Origin: a phage
Length of the DNA: 64,000 bases
Reading direction: 5' to 3' (one strand)
Sequence record: NC_101842.1
This document shows, in pieces, positions 36,987 to 46,282 of this stretch (positions within the stretch are counted from its first letter, which is position 1; each line of letters opens with the position of its first letter). Under the pieces are notes generated by a model. That model was not told the DNA's origin, did not search any database, and was given only the letters and a program-made list of their open reading frames with translations. Made by a program: the position numbers and the translations under genes.

Positions 36987-37309
36987 ACAGGTTTGATAAT
37001 ACCTTTACCGAATAACTCTTCGTATCTAATCTTATCCGGATCCCACTCCTGGATAATTTCGAAGACAATATCCAACCCTGGGATAATCACTTCTCCAGTG
37101 TCGAGCTTAGCAAGAACAAAACCGGAAGGTTGAATGGTTTCCCAGTTGCGCCGATTGGAATAGAAGACCTCGAAAATATCGCCGACCTTTATCTGTTGAT
37201 CAAGATGTTCAAGATTCTCTTTCATATAGACGCAGCGGATTTTTCGTGCAGGCCATAGACCACCTGCATCACGTTCATTTAGCTCTTTTACAGTAATCGG
37301 TATACCCAT
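36983..37309 (-). CDS. hypothetical protein
   Basis: ATGA overlap with neighbour. Confidence 0.6.
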   Translation of the reverse strand: MGIPITVKELNERDAGGLWPARKIRCVYMKENLEHLDQQIKVGDIFEVFYSNRRNWETIQPSGFVLAKLDTGEVIIPGLDIVFEIIQEWDPDKIRYEELFGKGIIKPV

Positions 37310-37365
37310 CTCAAATCTCCTTCATAGATAGTAAAAAGAGGGGCCCAAGCCCCCCCTCTTTGTCA

Positions 37366-37671
37366 TTATTCTACAGAGCGTTTGAACAGAATGTCTGCCT
37401 CAGACATGTGCTCAACCTCTTCTTCGATTTTAGCGCGACGTTTTTCAGCCTCATAGCGAATATCGAACTCGGTAGCCACCAGAGATTTGATGAATTTAGG
37501 AGAATACAGGTGATCCTGCTTCTCAACGAGAATGATATCCTTAATGGCATCTTTCAGATCTTTAATCTGAAGTTGGAGTTCTACCAGTTCTTCGATTGTT
37601 TTGCGAAGGCGATCACGCTCTGCAGTGTCAGAAGGAAGAGAGGTGAACAGTTCAACTTTAGATTTAGCCAT
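37366..37671 (-). CDS. coiled-coil hypothetical protein
   Basis: ORF in array; charged helical sequence. Confidence 0.6.
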   Translation of the reverse strand: MAKSKVELFTSLPSDTAERDRLRKTIEELVELQLQIKDLKDAIKDIILVEKQDHLYSPKFIKSLVATEFDIRYEAEKRRAKIEEEVEHMSEADILFKRSVE

Positions 37672-37699
37672 AGTAAGAGTCTCCTTATATTGTTTTAAA

Positions 37700-37951
37700 T
37701 TAACGTTCTACAAAAATACCGTTCAGTTCAATAACCAGGAATTTCTGGTCTTCACTATCGTCTCGTGCCAGCACCTCACAGACGTATCGGTCATCCCCAT
37801 CATCATCGCAGTCAAATACAAGACTGAGGACTTTATCATGGTAAACCTTCGCCACTACCGCCTCGTAAGTATTGCCGATTGTGAATCCAAGATAATCTCC
37901 GATGCATTTGACAACAACATGGTCTCCAGCATTTAAGTCAATCTTCGTCAT
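37700..37951 (-). CDS. hypothetical protein (DDDGDD motif)
   Basis: ATG (MTKIDLNAGDH) after AAGGAG; track ORF 37700-38017 trimmed. Confidence 0.55.
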   Translation of the reverse strand: MTKIDLNAGDHVVVKCIGDYLGFTIGNTYEAVVAKVYHDKVLSLVFDCDDDGDDRYVCEVLARDDSEDQKFLVIELNGIFVER

Positions 37952-38106
37952 TACTGCGCTCCTTGGGTAATAATACTGTATGTAAAACTTTAACCAGAGA
38001 TGTGAATAACGCCCCAAAACACACCGATAGCGCTAAAACAGACAAGGCCATCATTAAAGCTTCAGTAAAATCAGTCATTCCTCACCTCTTGTTAGTCACT
38101 ATACTA

Positions 38107-38370
38107 TCATTTATCCTTGTCGTCAAGAACTTTTTTAAATCTTTCAGGGATATCTCCCGTTCTTAGATAGTTCATGACCTCGCAAGGTTCCCACTTGAAT
38201 TTCTTACAGAGCAGGGCGGCTGAGATTGTTTCATTGCGAAAAGAAAGGATATTAATATCCCACTCTGAGAACCCCAACTTCCGAAGGGTAGCTACAGAAA
38301 TCCTCACCGCAACCCAGCAGCAAAAACATGCAACAAACGCCACTGCTACAACCCACATCAGGATGTTCAT
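38107..38370 (-). CDS. membrane-anchored hypothetical protein
   Basis: N-terminal helix MNILMWVVAVAFVACFCCWVAV. Confidence 0.55.
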   Translation of the reverse strand: MNILMWVVAVAFVACFCCWVAVRISVATLRKLGFSEWDINILSFRNETISAALLCKKFKWEPCEVMNYLRTGDIPERFKKVLDDKDK

Positions 38371-38459
38371 ATAAGCACCTTACTGAAATACAAGACACAG
38401 TGTTAAGGTTACTGACCAGCAAATAATTAGCAGGACCATTGCAACCTTGGCAAGATTTA

Positions 38460-38747
38460 TCATAGTGCCTCTAAGATTTCATATCCTTCAGGTCGAAATA
38501 CAAGCCACTCCGTGGCTCCGTTTGGTCGATACGCTTTATACAGAACAACCTGATCTCGGCACATGCACATGGCTACATAGTTTTCATCCACACCTGCAGC
38601 CTGCATTGCATCTTCTTCTCCGGCAACTGCTTTGCTTACAACTTCCTTGGTAGGCAGGTGTGCGATCAGCTCGTCACCATCATTAATTCCAAAATGACTG
38701 AGTTCTCCATTGGTATCTTTAATCTTAATCTTAACCAGATCTTTCAT
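38460..38747 (-). CDS. hypothetical protein
   Basis: ORF in array. Confidence 0.6.
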   Translation of the reverse strand: MKDLVKIKIKDTNGELSHFGINDGDELIAHLPTKEVVSKAVAGEEDAMQAAGVDENYVAMCMCRDQVVLYKAYRPNGATEWLVFRPEGYEILEAL

Positions 38748-39076
38748 TAGTCTTTCTCCAGGTTCAAAGGTCCTAAGATTTCATATGCCAGATTAGAAGT
38801 TACCAGAGGGTCTTCTGCATCTTTAGTATTGTACCACCCGTGAATAACCAGAGTCCCACTTTGTTTCATATCCAACTGGAACTGTTCTGCAGTTTCCTCA
38901 TCCAGCTCCAAGATTTCCATAAGGTATTTGATGTTAGGAAGGTATGCAGCTGTTACAGTTCCCTCCACCAAACCTTCGGGCCAACCTACATCCGGATGAC
39001 AAGTAGGAACCAGGTTGGTCAACTTAATGGTGTACGCTTTTTCTGCACGAGCCTTCAGTAACGGGTCAATCTTCAT
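38747..39076 (-). CDS. hypothetical protein
   Basis: Start/stop overlap with neighbours. Confidence 0.6.
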   Translation of the reverse strand: MKIDPLLKARAEKAYTIKLTNLVPTCHPDVGWPEGLVEGTVTAAYLPNIKYLMEILELDEETAEQFQLDMKQSGTLVIHGWYNTKDAEDPLVTSNLAYEILGPLNLEKD

Positions 39077-39426
39077 TATTCGTCCTCCTCTTCGGTGCCT
39101 GCTTCCAGTAATAAGTTAAGAATATCTTCTGCACAAGGCTCATAGAACTCTTGGCCTTCATTATCGATGATTTTGTAGTCATCTCCACGAATAATCAGGG
39201 GATCACTCTCAAAATTATCGAGACCTTTAACAACGACAACACGATCGATTGCCATCATTGTAAGAACTTTATCGACATCTTCCTCTGCTACACCATACTG
39301 CAGCAGAATGTCTTTGGTAGGAGGAACAGCATCCACCACAACGCCGTTACCAAAACCTTCTGGAAGTTTAGCTAAAATATCTTCCGGAACCACATTCACA
39401 TCAAAACCGGTAATTTCTACTTTCAT
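39076..39426 (-). CDS. acidic hypothetical protein
   Basis: ORF in array. Confidence 0.6.
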   Translation of the reverse strand: MKVEITGFDVNVVPEDILAKLPEGFGNGVVVDAVPPTKDILLQYGVAEEDVDKVLTMMAIDRVVVVKGLDNFESDPLIIRGDDYKIIDNEGQEFYEPCAEDILNLLLEAGTEEEDE

Positions 39427-39687
39427 TTACAGCACCTCTTCGTCAACTACTTCATAAAAATGGCCTGGGATTGCAATAGCGTTCTCACCTTCACCTACAA
39501 ACACAGTTCCGTCAAGAATCAACATCATAAGAATTTCTGTAATATCCTCTTCCGGAACGTTGCCAAAACCTTTAATCAGCTCGTAGGTTGGAATATTTAC
39601 CTCTAAGATGTCACCATCTTTAGAACGGAAATCAACACCGTCCTGAATCTCTGCCGTTTCAAGGTTTTTCAATTTAATCTTCATCAA
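39427..39687 (-). CDS. hypothetical protein (MKIK-type N-terminus)
   Basis: ORF in array. Confidence 0.6.
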   Translation of the reverse strand: MMKIKLKNLETAEIQDGVDFRSKDGDILEVNIPTYELIKGFGNVPEEDITEILMMLILDGTVFVGEGENAIAIPGHFYEVVDEEVL

Positions 39688-39763
39688 TCGGTCTCCTGTC
39701 TTGTTAAGATGAAGGTATTATTTCACACAGGGTTGGCGTTGTCAACACCTGTGTGCAAGAAAA

Positions 39764-40159
39764 TTACTGAAACAGTGCGGATAAATTACCTTCTGGTGGG
39801 AACTTATCTGCCAAAAACGGTGTTAGCACAGTAGCCTTCTGAAGATCTGGGGTCCACTCGTTGTTCAGAACATCCCAGTAGTACGCAATGTTGCTGTGTG
39901 GGTGCCGCATTACGAACTTTTTCCCTTCGTAGTCGTCTGAAACCTCTACAGAAGAAATAACAACAGAATCTTCAAGGGTTTCTTCATAGAAAGATCCCCC
40001 TTCAAATTTCCAACGAGATGCAAGAGCCCCTGCCTTGAACGCTGCAGATAACGGACTGTCGGCAAGAACATACATTTCTTGCACTCTGTCGCTGCGATCT
40101 TTGCTTCTTACGTTGTATACAGTATCTGAGCTATACTCAACACGGTATAGGCTTACCAT
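39764..40159 (-). CDS. hypothetical protein (paralog of 41966-42364)
   Basis: Shared block HPHSNIAYYWDVLNNEWTP vs HPDSRVKHYWNARTKTWTP. Confidence 0.6.
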   Translation of the reverse strand: MVSLYRVEYSSDTVYNVRSKDRSDRVQEMYVLADSPLSAAFKAGALASRWKFEGGSFYEETLEDSVVISSVEVSDDYEGKKFVMRHPHSNIAYYWDVLNNEWTPDLQKATVLTPFLADKFPPEGNLSALFQ

Positions 40160-40491
40160 TACCGCACCTCCTCAATAACTTCCACATCTGAACCTACCAC
40201 AAATGCAAAAGGACAGGTTTCATGAAAGACATCTGGATCGCCGCCAAGCTTGCTAACAATCTCTCCACCACTAATAAACACAAGCTCACCGATATTCATC
40301 AGATTGCTGAAATAGTACCCATAATGATTAAAGAATGCAGCAGGGTCAGGTAGACTGGTAGCCTCAAGCACTACATCGGTTGAGGTTACTTTCTTATCAT
40401 AACCTCTCGCCTTTTGAGATGCAAGATCTGCAGAATCCTCAGGAGACCGGAGATGCACAGGAATTGTTTCACCAATAAAGCGTACTTTCAT
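40159..40491 (-). CDS. hypothetical protein
   Basis: Start at internal ATG (MKVRFIGE); track ORF trimmed. Confidence 0.55.
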   Translation of the reverse strand: MKVRFIGETIPVHLRSPEDSADLASQKARGYDKKVTSTDVVLEATSLPDPAAFFNHYGYYFSNLMNIGELVFISGGEIVSKLGGDPDVFHETCPFAFVVGSDVEVIEEVR

Positions 40492-40495
40492 ATTA

Positions 40496-40759
40496 TCACC
40501 CAACAACCATAGCTTCAAAAGGAGTCATGAACGAATAAACGGCATCATCATCTGCTTCAGGGAATGCTCCCAAAGACTTCATATCTGAACCCTTGACAAA
40601 TACAAGGTTTTGATCAAAGGCTTCTTGGGGGTCAATCCGATACATATTTCGTAGAATATCGCTTACCTCCTCATCAAGAGGTGAGTATGCTGTGCACGTT
40701 TTTCCGATCAAGCTTTGAGAATCAGGGTATCCACCTGAAGTTTTAAAATAAACAATCAT
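40496..40759 (-). CDS. hypothetical protein
   Basis: ORF in array. Confidence 0.55.
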   Translation of the reverse strand: MIVYFKTSGGYPDSQSLIGKTCTAYSPLDEEVSDILRNMYRIDPQEAFDQNLVFVKGSDMKSLGAFPEADDDAVYSFMTPFEAMVVG

Positions 40760-40850
40760 ATAGTATCACCTCTGGTAAGAGATTGGGATTCCTTTCCCAC
40801 AAATAATTACAAATCTTCCTTATCGAGGAAGTATGCTAATCCAAGCAGGA

Positions 40851-41120
40851 TTATTCCTCTACAATCTCATACACATCAGGAGTTACAATCAATTCTTCTC
40901 CGTTACCCGGTGCAACAAACACCACCAAACCTTCAGGTGTGTGCTTTTTAGCCATCTCGATAACATCTTCTCGCAGAGCTGGCTCCATCAGATCAAAACC
41001 TTCACCCAGGGCATCACGAACCACCTTCATATAGTCCACTGGTTGTGCTTCAACAATCATGCCTTCAACCAGTCCACAGTTTTTGTCTGCCAGCTCAGTT
41101 TTGAATAATTTAATTTTCAT
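40851..41120 (-). CDS. hypothetical protein (MKIK-type N-terminus)
   Basis: ORF in array. Confidence 0.6.
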   Translation of the reverse strand: MKIKLFKTELADKNCGLVEGMIVEAQPVDYMKVVRDALGEGFDLMEPALREDVIEMAKKHTPEGLVVFVAPGNGEELIVTPDVYEIVEE

Positions 41121-41150
41121 TTAGAGGTCTCCTCAATTATTTGATATTAA

Positions 41151-41252
41151 TAGCCGTAACCTAACACATTAACTACAACTGCGATTGCAAACATAATTTC
41201 AAAGCATGCAATCTCTACATTTGGGACTAATTTCTTAATCACACCCATTGTA
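41151..41252 (-). CDS. small hydrophobic peptide (33 aa)
   Basis: Not in ORF track; MGVIKKLVPNVEIACFEIMFAIAVVVNVLGYGY; GAGG RBS. Confidence 0.4.
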
Positions 41253-41257
41253 GCACC

Positions 41258-41575
41258 TCATTCTCCAAAGTCAATCTTTACTTTGCCTTTCCCCTTACCT
41301 TTCTTTCCACCGCATTTAGCCAGCTGACGTGCTGCAACATCTACCATACGGTCAGTTGCCTCGTAAGCATCACTACCTTTAGCCTTGGCAATAACTTCTT
41401 TTCCAGAATTGTCAAAAATGAACGCCATAACTTCCTGGTGATCATTTTCAACTTTTACACTCACACGTGCATAGTTGGCAGAGGGGTGCAAACGCTCCAG
41501 TTTAGACATTTTGTTGGAAATGAAAGACACCATACCTTCAGTGATTTCTACGTTGCCAGTGATTTCAATTTGCAT
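41258..41575 (-). CDS. hpf: ribosome hibernation promoting factor / RaiA-family protein
   Basis: Aligns along its length to E. coli HPF as I recall it: MQIEITGNVEITEG...KLE...VKVE...AKAKGSDAYEATDRMVDVAARQLAK; own promoter and 5' hairpin. Confidence 0.8.
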   Translation of the reverse strand: MQIEITGNVEITEGMVSFISNKMSKLERLHPSANYARVSVKVENDHQEVMAFIFDNSGKEVIAKAKGSDAYEATDRMVDVAARQLAKCGGKKGKGKGKVKIDFGE

Positions 41576-41594
41576 AACGTGTTCCTTTTAAAGA

Positions 41595-41651
41595 AGAGGG
41601 AACCAAACCCTCTTTGAAAACAATGATACTAAATCTGAAGCGTTGTGTCAA
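41595..41651 (-). promoter_or_regulatory. sigma70-like promoter plus 5'-UTR hairpin for hpf
   Basis: On - strand: TTGACA (41651-41646), 17 nt, TATCAT (41628-41623); hairpin AGAGGG-loop-CCCTCT at ~41595-41613. Confidence 0.55.
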
Positions 41652-41657
41652 CAGTTT

Positions 41658-41948
41658 TTACAGATTGTTGTCGATAGTTTTTAAAATATCCACAGCAAGA
41701 TCTGCCATTTTTCGAACATACTCTGCAAACTCAACAGGATCCTTGATCAAAGAATTCACAGGGTCGTACCCTAGAGCGTTCAAAATGGCTGCAGCATCTA
41801 CAACCTTCTCATCATTTGCGAAGATCTCTCCATCAAACTTGTAGGTCCATTTTGAGTCAATCTTGGCAGGGAAGGATTGGTCAACGCTTGTTACACCATC
41901 CTTTTTAAACGCTCCGGTGTTATCAGTGTCCAGAACTAAATCCATCAT
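41658..41948 (-). CDS. hypothetical protein
   Basis: ORF in array. Confidence 0.6.
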   Translation of the reverse strand: MMDLVLDTDNTGAFKKDGVTSVDQSFPAKIDSKWTYKFDGEIFANDEKVVDAAAILNALGYDPVNSLIKDPVEFAEYVRKMADLAVDILKTIDNNL

Positions 41949-41965
41949 GTTAGTACCCCACTGTT

Positions 41966-42364
41966 TCAGTTTAGCTTTTCTTCAACAACCCCATAGCTCG
42001 GGACAGAGTCAAGAGCTTTCTGGTTTAAAAGTGGTGTAGCAGAATCTGCAAACGGTGTCCAAGTTTTTGTTCTGGCATTCCAGTAATGCTTCACTCTGGA
42101 ATCTGGATGCACTATAACAAAAACTTTTTCACTTGTCAACACATTAATTTCTTCTACACCCTTGCTGATAATTTCTCCGTCATAGCCCCCAGTCTGGTAT
42201 CCTTCGTACCAGGTTCTTGCATAGGCATAGCCAGCTTGCCAGCATGCAGCCTCCTCCGAGGTGGAGACTACGTAGAAGTCTTTCTCAAATTCTGGAATAC
42301 GCCCTTGCTTTATGCTCCAAGCTCCGCGAATTTTCATTGTAACTTTGAACAGTTTATTTTTCAC
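41966..42364 (-). CDS. hypothetical protein (paralog of 39764-40159)
   Basis: Shared blocks with 39764-40159. Confidence 0.6.
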   Translation of the reverse strand: MKNKLFKVTMKIRGAWSIKQGRIPEFEKDFYVVSTSEEAACWQAGYAYARTWYEGYQTGGYDGEIISKGVEEINVLTSEKVFVIVHPDSRVKHYWNARTKTWTPFADSATPLLNQKALDSVPSYGVVEEKLN

Positions 42365-42376
42365 AACGGTTACCCA

Positions 42377-42631
42377 TCACAGCTCTACAATATCTGCATC
42401 TGACCCTACCCCAAAGGCATAATAGGACTCTTCCCCGAAATAATATTCAGGTGCACCAGCGGTGATCAGGTCTGCTCCTAAGATAAACACTACGTTGTGG
42501 CCTACATAACTGTGATGTTGCCGAACAGGATCATCCCACGGCAACCCTTCAAAGTATACCGCAGGAACGACCTTTCCCTTCAGGAAGGATTGTCCCAAGT
42601 AGACGTTAGAATCAAGAATTTTAACCTTCAT
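42377..42631 (-). CDS. hypothetical protein (MKVK paralog family, member 1)
   Basis: MKVKILDS...GADLITAGA. Confidence 0.6.
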   Translation of the reverse strand: MKVKILDSNVYLGQSFLKGKVVPAVYFEGLPWDDPVRQHHSYVGHNVVFILGADLITAGAPEYYFGEESYYAFGVGSDADIVEL

Positions 42632-42848
42632 GATTGTCCTCCACTATCTCTACATCCTCACCTAGGGCAAAGTTGTAGGTCCACTGACTGTCAAAGCATT
42701 CCTGAGATGCACCAGCGGCAATAAGATCTGCCCCTTTTATTTTTAAAAGGTCGGGGTAATCTTCGTTAGGGACAGCAGTAAACACTTTCCCCACTAAGGG
42801 CTCCTGACCAATATAGAAGCTTGAATCTAAAACTTTAACTTTCATCAA
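42621..42848 (-). CDS. hypothetical protein (MKVK paralog family, member 2)
   Basis: MKVKVLDS...GADLIAAGA; tandem with member 1. Confidence 0.6.
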   Translation of the reverse strand: MMKVKVLDSSFYIGQEPLVGKVFTAVPNEDYPDLLKIKGADLIAAGASQECFDSQWTYNFALGEDVEIVEDNHEG

Positions 42849-43132
42849 CGGTCTCCATCAGGTGGTTGTGGGACGTAAACACTGTTACGAATATCGTCCG
42901 CAGTATAGTAATAAGTGTCTCCAACCCTATCTCTGGCTGCAATGTACTCTGCTATACCAATAAGTGCCATTGATTTGGTGGCGTATCTTCCCCACTCGTT
43001 AGCTCCCCAGTAGAATTTAGACCAGTAAGGAATAAGACCGAACAAATATACCTTTTGACGAACTTCCCAGTAAGTGCCTTTTCCGACAAGTTTAAACTCG
43101 ACTTCACTACTGTTAATCTTTTTCATTATCAA
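42845..43132 (-). CDS. hypothetical protein
   Basis: ATGA overlap. Confidence 0.6.
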   Translation of the reverse strand: MIMKKINSSEVEFKLVGKGTYWEVRQKVYLFGLIPYWSKFYWGANEWGRYATKSMALIGIAEYIAARDRVGDTYYYTADDIRNSVYVPQPPDGDR

Positions 43133-43425
43133 TCTCCCTCTACCGTGGTAGGATTGTCAGTAAGAAATTGAGCATTGGCTGGAGGCACGCCTGACATTTT
43201 CCACACAACCATAAGTTTGTAACCAGGCACTCTATTAAGTGCAGATCGAGTAGAGTTTGTGCACGTATACTTTCGCTTTCCAAACCCGTTCTCCATCATA
43301 ATCCAGTACCCAGTATCTTTGTCACCAGGTATCGGTAGACCACCTTCATCAACCCACTGAATGGACCACGGCACGATGGCTACAGCTTTATATTTAAACT
43401 TTTTAAACCACTCAAAAAGTTTCAT
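43129..43425 (-). CDS. hypothetical protein
   Basis: ORF in array. Confidence 0.6.
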   Translation of the reverse strand: MKLFEWFKKFKYKAVAIVPWSIQWVDEGGLPIPGDKDTGYWIMMENGFGKRKYTCTNSTRSALNRVPGYKLMVVWKMSGVPPANAQFLTDNPTTVEGD

Positions 43426-43432
43426 AATTCAG

Positions 43433-43522
43433 CCTCGCATAGACATAATCACTATAAACAGGCAAACAATGAATCCGAATGCCACGCCACCCATAAACGT
43501 TAATATTGATGCAATCATAGTC
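43433..43522 (-). CDS. possible small hydrophobic peptide (~29 aa)
   Basis: Not in ORF track; MIASILTFMGGVAFGFIVCLFIVIMSMRG; coordinates approximate. Confidence 0.3.
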
Positions 43523-43706
43523 AATCAGCCTCGCTTGGCAACTCTTCTACCTTAACATGCCGAAAAGTGTTACCGTAATGGTTGATCCATGACATCAGCT
43601 CGCTTTCTTGCTCTTCCTCTGGGATGAACTCTCGAATGCTGACAAGTTTTAAGAAAACCCAATCACAATCTGCACCCATTCTACCAGACAGGCAATAGTG
43701 CTTCAT
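43521..43706 (-). CDS. hypothetical protein
   Basis: ORF in array. Confidence 0.5.
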   Translation of the reverse strand: MKHYCLSGRMGADCDWVFLKLVSIREFIPEEEQESELMSWINHYGNTFRHVKVEELPSEAD

Positions 43707-43724
43707 AAAACCCTCCCGCCTGGT

Positions 43725-43919
43725 TTAGAATATTGCTTCTTCCATTGCGCCTGAGAGCAACAAAGAGGTGATCTGGCTAACATTCATCTCAGACTCTACT
43801 TCCTCCCCTTTGAAAGGTTCGCGGCAGAATAGGACTGTTTCAGGACTTTTACTTCGAACAATATAATACAAATCATTCAATGTGTTGTAGTAATAAGTGT
43901 TAAAACGTAAGTTTTTCAT
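43725..43919 (-). CDS. hypothetical protein
   Basis: ORF in array. Confidence 0.5.
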   Translation of the reverse strand: MKNLRFNTYYYNTLNDLYYIVRSKSPETVLFCREPFKGEEVESEMNVSQITSLLLSGAMEEAIF

Positions 43920-44203
43920 TTTCTAGTCCTCTTCTTAGATTTTTGGGGAGAAACGCTTTCTGCAATACGAGACAGACGTTCTTCTGAAGCCTTACCTACT
44001 CCAGGTTTTTTGAGTGGATTATCTTTATGACCACAATCCAACTGGATATTGGATACCTCTCCAACTTTGTAAGTCAATTCTAGCAAAAGGTTGTCGTCCT
44101 TGTCAAATGTTTTTACGATAAATTTTTTATCGTTCTCCTGAACTTCATATCTGGTACCTGCAGTATACAGCATGGTGCCATCAGCATAGGATATCCAAAT
44201 CAT
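43916..44203 (-). CDS. hypothetical protein
   Basis: ATGA overlap. Confidence 0.6.
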   Translation of the reverse strand: MIWISYADGTMLYTAGTRYEVQENDKKFIVKTFDKDDNLLLELTYKVGEVSNIQLDCGHKDNPLKKPGVGKASEERLSRIAESVSPQKSKKRTRK

Positions 44204-44547
44204 TGAGCCTCCTTTTGCTGCAACAGCATTAACTCTTTGTTAGAAATCTTTACTGCTGTTTTTATTGTTCCATCTTCACGAAACCACGACCAGAACTCTA
44301 CAGTGTCACCACTATCAAGTAAAGCATGCCCATGGTAAAAATCTTTGTCCTTAGACAGTTTCTCATCTATATCTGCATCAACACATTCGTGATCCATAGC
44401 ATTTTGCCTGAACGCATCGGTTATGCCAATGCACGCCTTGCTCTCAAGACTGGTATATCCGATATCTTTTAATTCAGTTTCCCAAGTCCAGTACCCTATA
44501 AAAGCTAAAACAGCTACCCACAGTAATAACGTTTTAATCTTTGGCAT
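44200..44547 (-). CDS. membrane-anchored or secreted hypothetical protein
   Basis: N-terminal hydrophobic segment LLLWVAVLAFIGYWTW. Confidence 0.6.
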   Translation of the reverse strand: MPKIKTLLLWVAVLAFIGYWTWETELKDIGYTSLESKACIGITDAFRQNAMDHECVDADIDEKLSKDKDFYHGHALLDSGDTVEFWSWFREDGTIKTAVKISNKELMLLQQKEAQ

Positions 44548-44609
44548 TCTCTCTACCTCTTTCTTAGTTTATTTCACTATGGCACATCCTTTGTGCCATA
44601 TCTCAACTA

Positions 44610-45080
44610 CTATTTAAATAGTAGTTCAAAATAGTGCAAAATTAACAGAAGTTGAACTACACCTAGTGCAACGGCGAGTATGTTAATCTTAGAATCGAAA
44701 AACTTCTTAACTTTTACTCTAAAAGGTTCCTTAATGTCCTTTACGATCCTATCTATAGATGACCTCATATCTCTGATTACCATCCTGAACATTAAAGACG
44801 GATGCTCCCCCATCTCTGTAACGGAATCGAAAACATACTCTCTTCGGTCATAAGGGCCGCCAGCTCTGCGTATTAACCTCTCCACAGAGACCTCGAACGT
44901 CACACCTGTAACGTAATCATCTATAACAAGTCGTGACGGGTCTTTACCTTTACTATCAAGAGGTATCAAAGTTATCTTTCCAGATTTTGTTAAAATTTCC
45001 CCTTTTTCAAGCAAGGTGTACCAATGCTCTCTGCCAAGACTGTTGAGGCACGTTTTTACATATTTAACAAACATCGTCAC
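44610..45080 (-). CDS. hypothetical protein with C-terminal TM helix
   Basis: C-terminal ILAVALGVVQLLLILHYF. Confidence 0.6.
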   Translation of the reverse strand: MTMFVKYVKTCLNSLGREHWYTLLEKGEILTKSGKITLIPLDSKGKDPSRLVIDDYVTGVTFEVSVERLIRRAGGPYDRREYVFDSVTEMGEHPSLMFRMVIRDMRSSIDRIVKDIKEPFRVKVKKFFDSKINILAVALGVVQLLLILHYFELLFK

Positions 45081-45262
45081 CCCTCATCGCACGTCTGATA
45101 TAACCACTCTATAAAATCTTGATACCATTCGCCCTCTGAGCGCTCCGTAGGCCAATAATCTTCACCCTCTCGTGCATTAAAATCTGAGTATTCAACTTTC
45201 CACTCCTTTACCAGCTCGTGGAGAAGGTTTTCAGCCTGCTCTAAAGATTTATTTTTTACCAT
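45077..45262 (-). CDS. hypothetical protein
   Basis: ATG (MVKNK) after AAGGAG; track ORF 45077-45280 trimmed. Confidence 0.5.
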   Translation of the reverse strand: MVKNKSLEQAENLLHELVKEWKVEYSDFNAREGEDYWPTERSEGEWYQDFIEWLYQTCDEG

Positions 45263-45354
45263 TGCTGTCTCCTTTTTCAAGATAGTTATACATCAGAACT
45301 GCACCACCTAAGATGGCTACCAGTAACAATACCCCAGATAGCATCTCAATAAAC
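45247..45354 (-). CDS. possible small hydrophobic peptide (~35 aa)
   Basis: Not in ORF track; MFIEMLSGVLLLVAILGGAVLMYNYLEK...; overlaps downstream start; coordinates approximate. Confidence 0.3.
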
Positions 45355-45481
45355 ATGGCTTGAAACACTGGAAGGCCTCCCTAAATTAACGCACCATTTT
45401 AAATACATGCTCTTTTCCCATAAAGGTGCCTGGCTAAGATCTGCGTAGAACGCAATCTCTTTAAGAACAGTATAAACAGTT

Positions 45482-45718
45482 TTAGGTGCGGTCTCCATCC
45501 CTACCCTCCTTTTTCTCCTTACGGATATTCTTGTAGTAATCAACCAGGCACATTATCACGATGAAGATAACAACAGGCCAAAAAGGTGCAGCAGTGATGA
45601 TGGTGATAAAATCATCAAACTTCACCCTTCGTCTGGACACGATGCATACACCTGTCAAGAATACCGCTGTTATAACGGACATTACCAGGTAACCTATTAG
45701 CACAACATTTATACTCAT
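45482..45718 (-). CDS. membrane protein (two TM helices)
   Basis: VVLIGYLVMSVITAVFLTGVCIV and FWPVVIFIVIMCLV. Confidence 0.55.
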   Translation of the reverse strand: MSINVVLIGYLVMSVITAVFLTGVCIVSRRRVKFDDFITIITAAPFWPVVIFIVIMCLVDYYKNIRKEKKEGRDGDRT

Positions 45719-45748
45719 TGGTCCTCCCTTTGTAGGTTAAATTGTATA

Positions 45749-46282
45749 CTACAAATGGCAACTGAGGGTGTCAAGAAAATTATCCCGTTCTTTCTCAGAG
45801 TTTTCATGGGTGTAGCTGAAAAACATATCGAGAATAACCTTATTGATATATTCCAGCTCCTCTGTGTTCAGATGCTTAGCAGGATCTACAATGACATCCC
45901 AAATATCATACAGACCACACTCATGATACCCATAACGCCACTCAATTGTCAAGCTGAGCGGCAAATCTTTACCGTCACAAACAACCTTCCATCTACATAT
46001 GTTGGTATCTGGTCGTATCTGTGCACGGTACACCTGTACAAAATCCAATTTGAATTTGAGGTACTCGTCATACAATTTAAGCACAAAGCTCTCGATTTGT
46101 GGAGACACTTTTGCAGCAAACTGTGCGTATTTGTACTTGCACTGGATGATCTTTCTGCGTTTTGCAGTTAAATTTTTTGCCGCCAGTTGTTCTTCAGTGT
46201 ATCTCCACCTACGATCAACAAACGCAACAGGGTCTTTGTCCCCATAGAGGTCTTCCCAGTTAATCAGAAGCATACCTGTCAC
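45749..46282 (-). CDS. hypothetical protein
   Basis: ORF in array. Confidence 0.6.
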   Translation of the reverse strand: MTGMLLINWEDLYGDKDPVAFVDRRWRYTEEQLAAKNLTAKRRKIIQCKYKYAQFAAKVSPQIESFVLKLYDEYLKFKLDFVQVYRAQIRPDTNICRWKVVCDGKDLPLSLTIEWRYGYHECGLYDIWDVIVDPAKHLNTEELEYINKVILDMFFSYTHENSEKERDNFLDTLSCHL

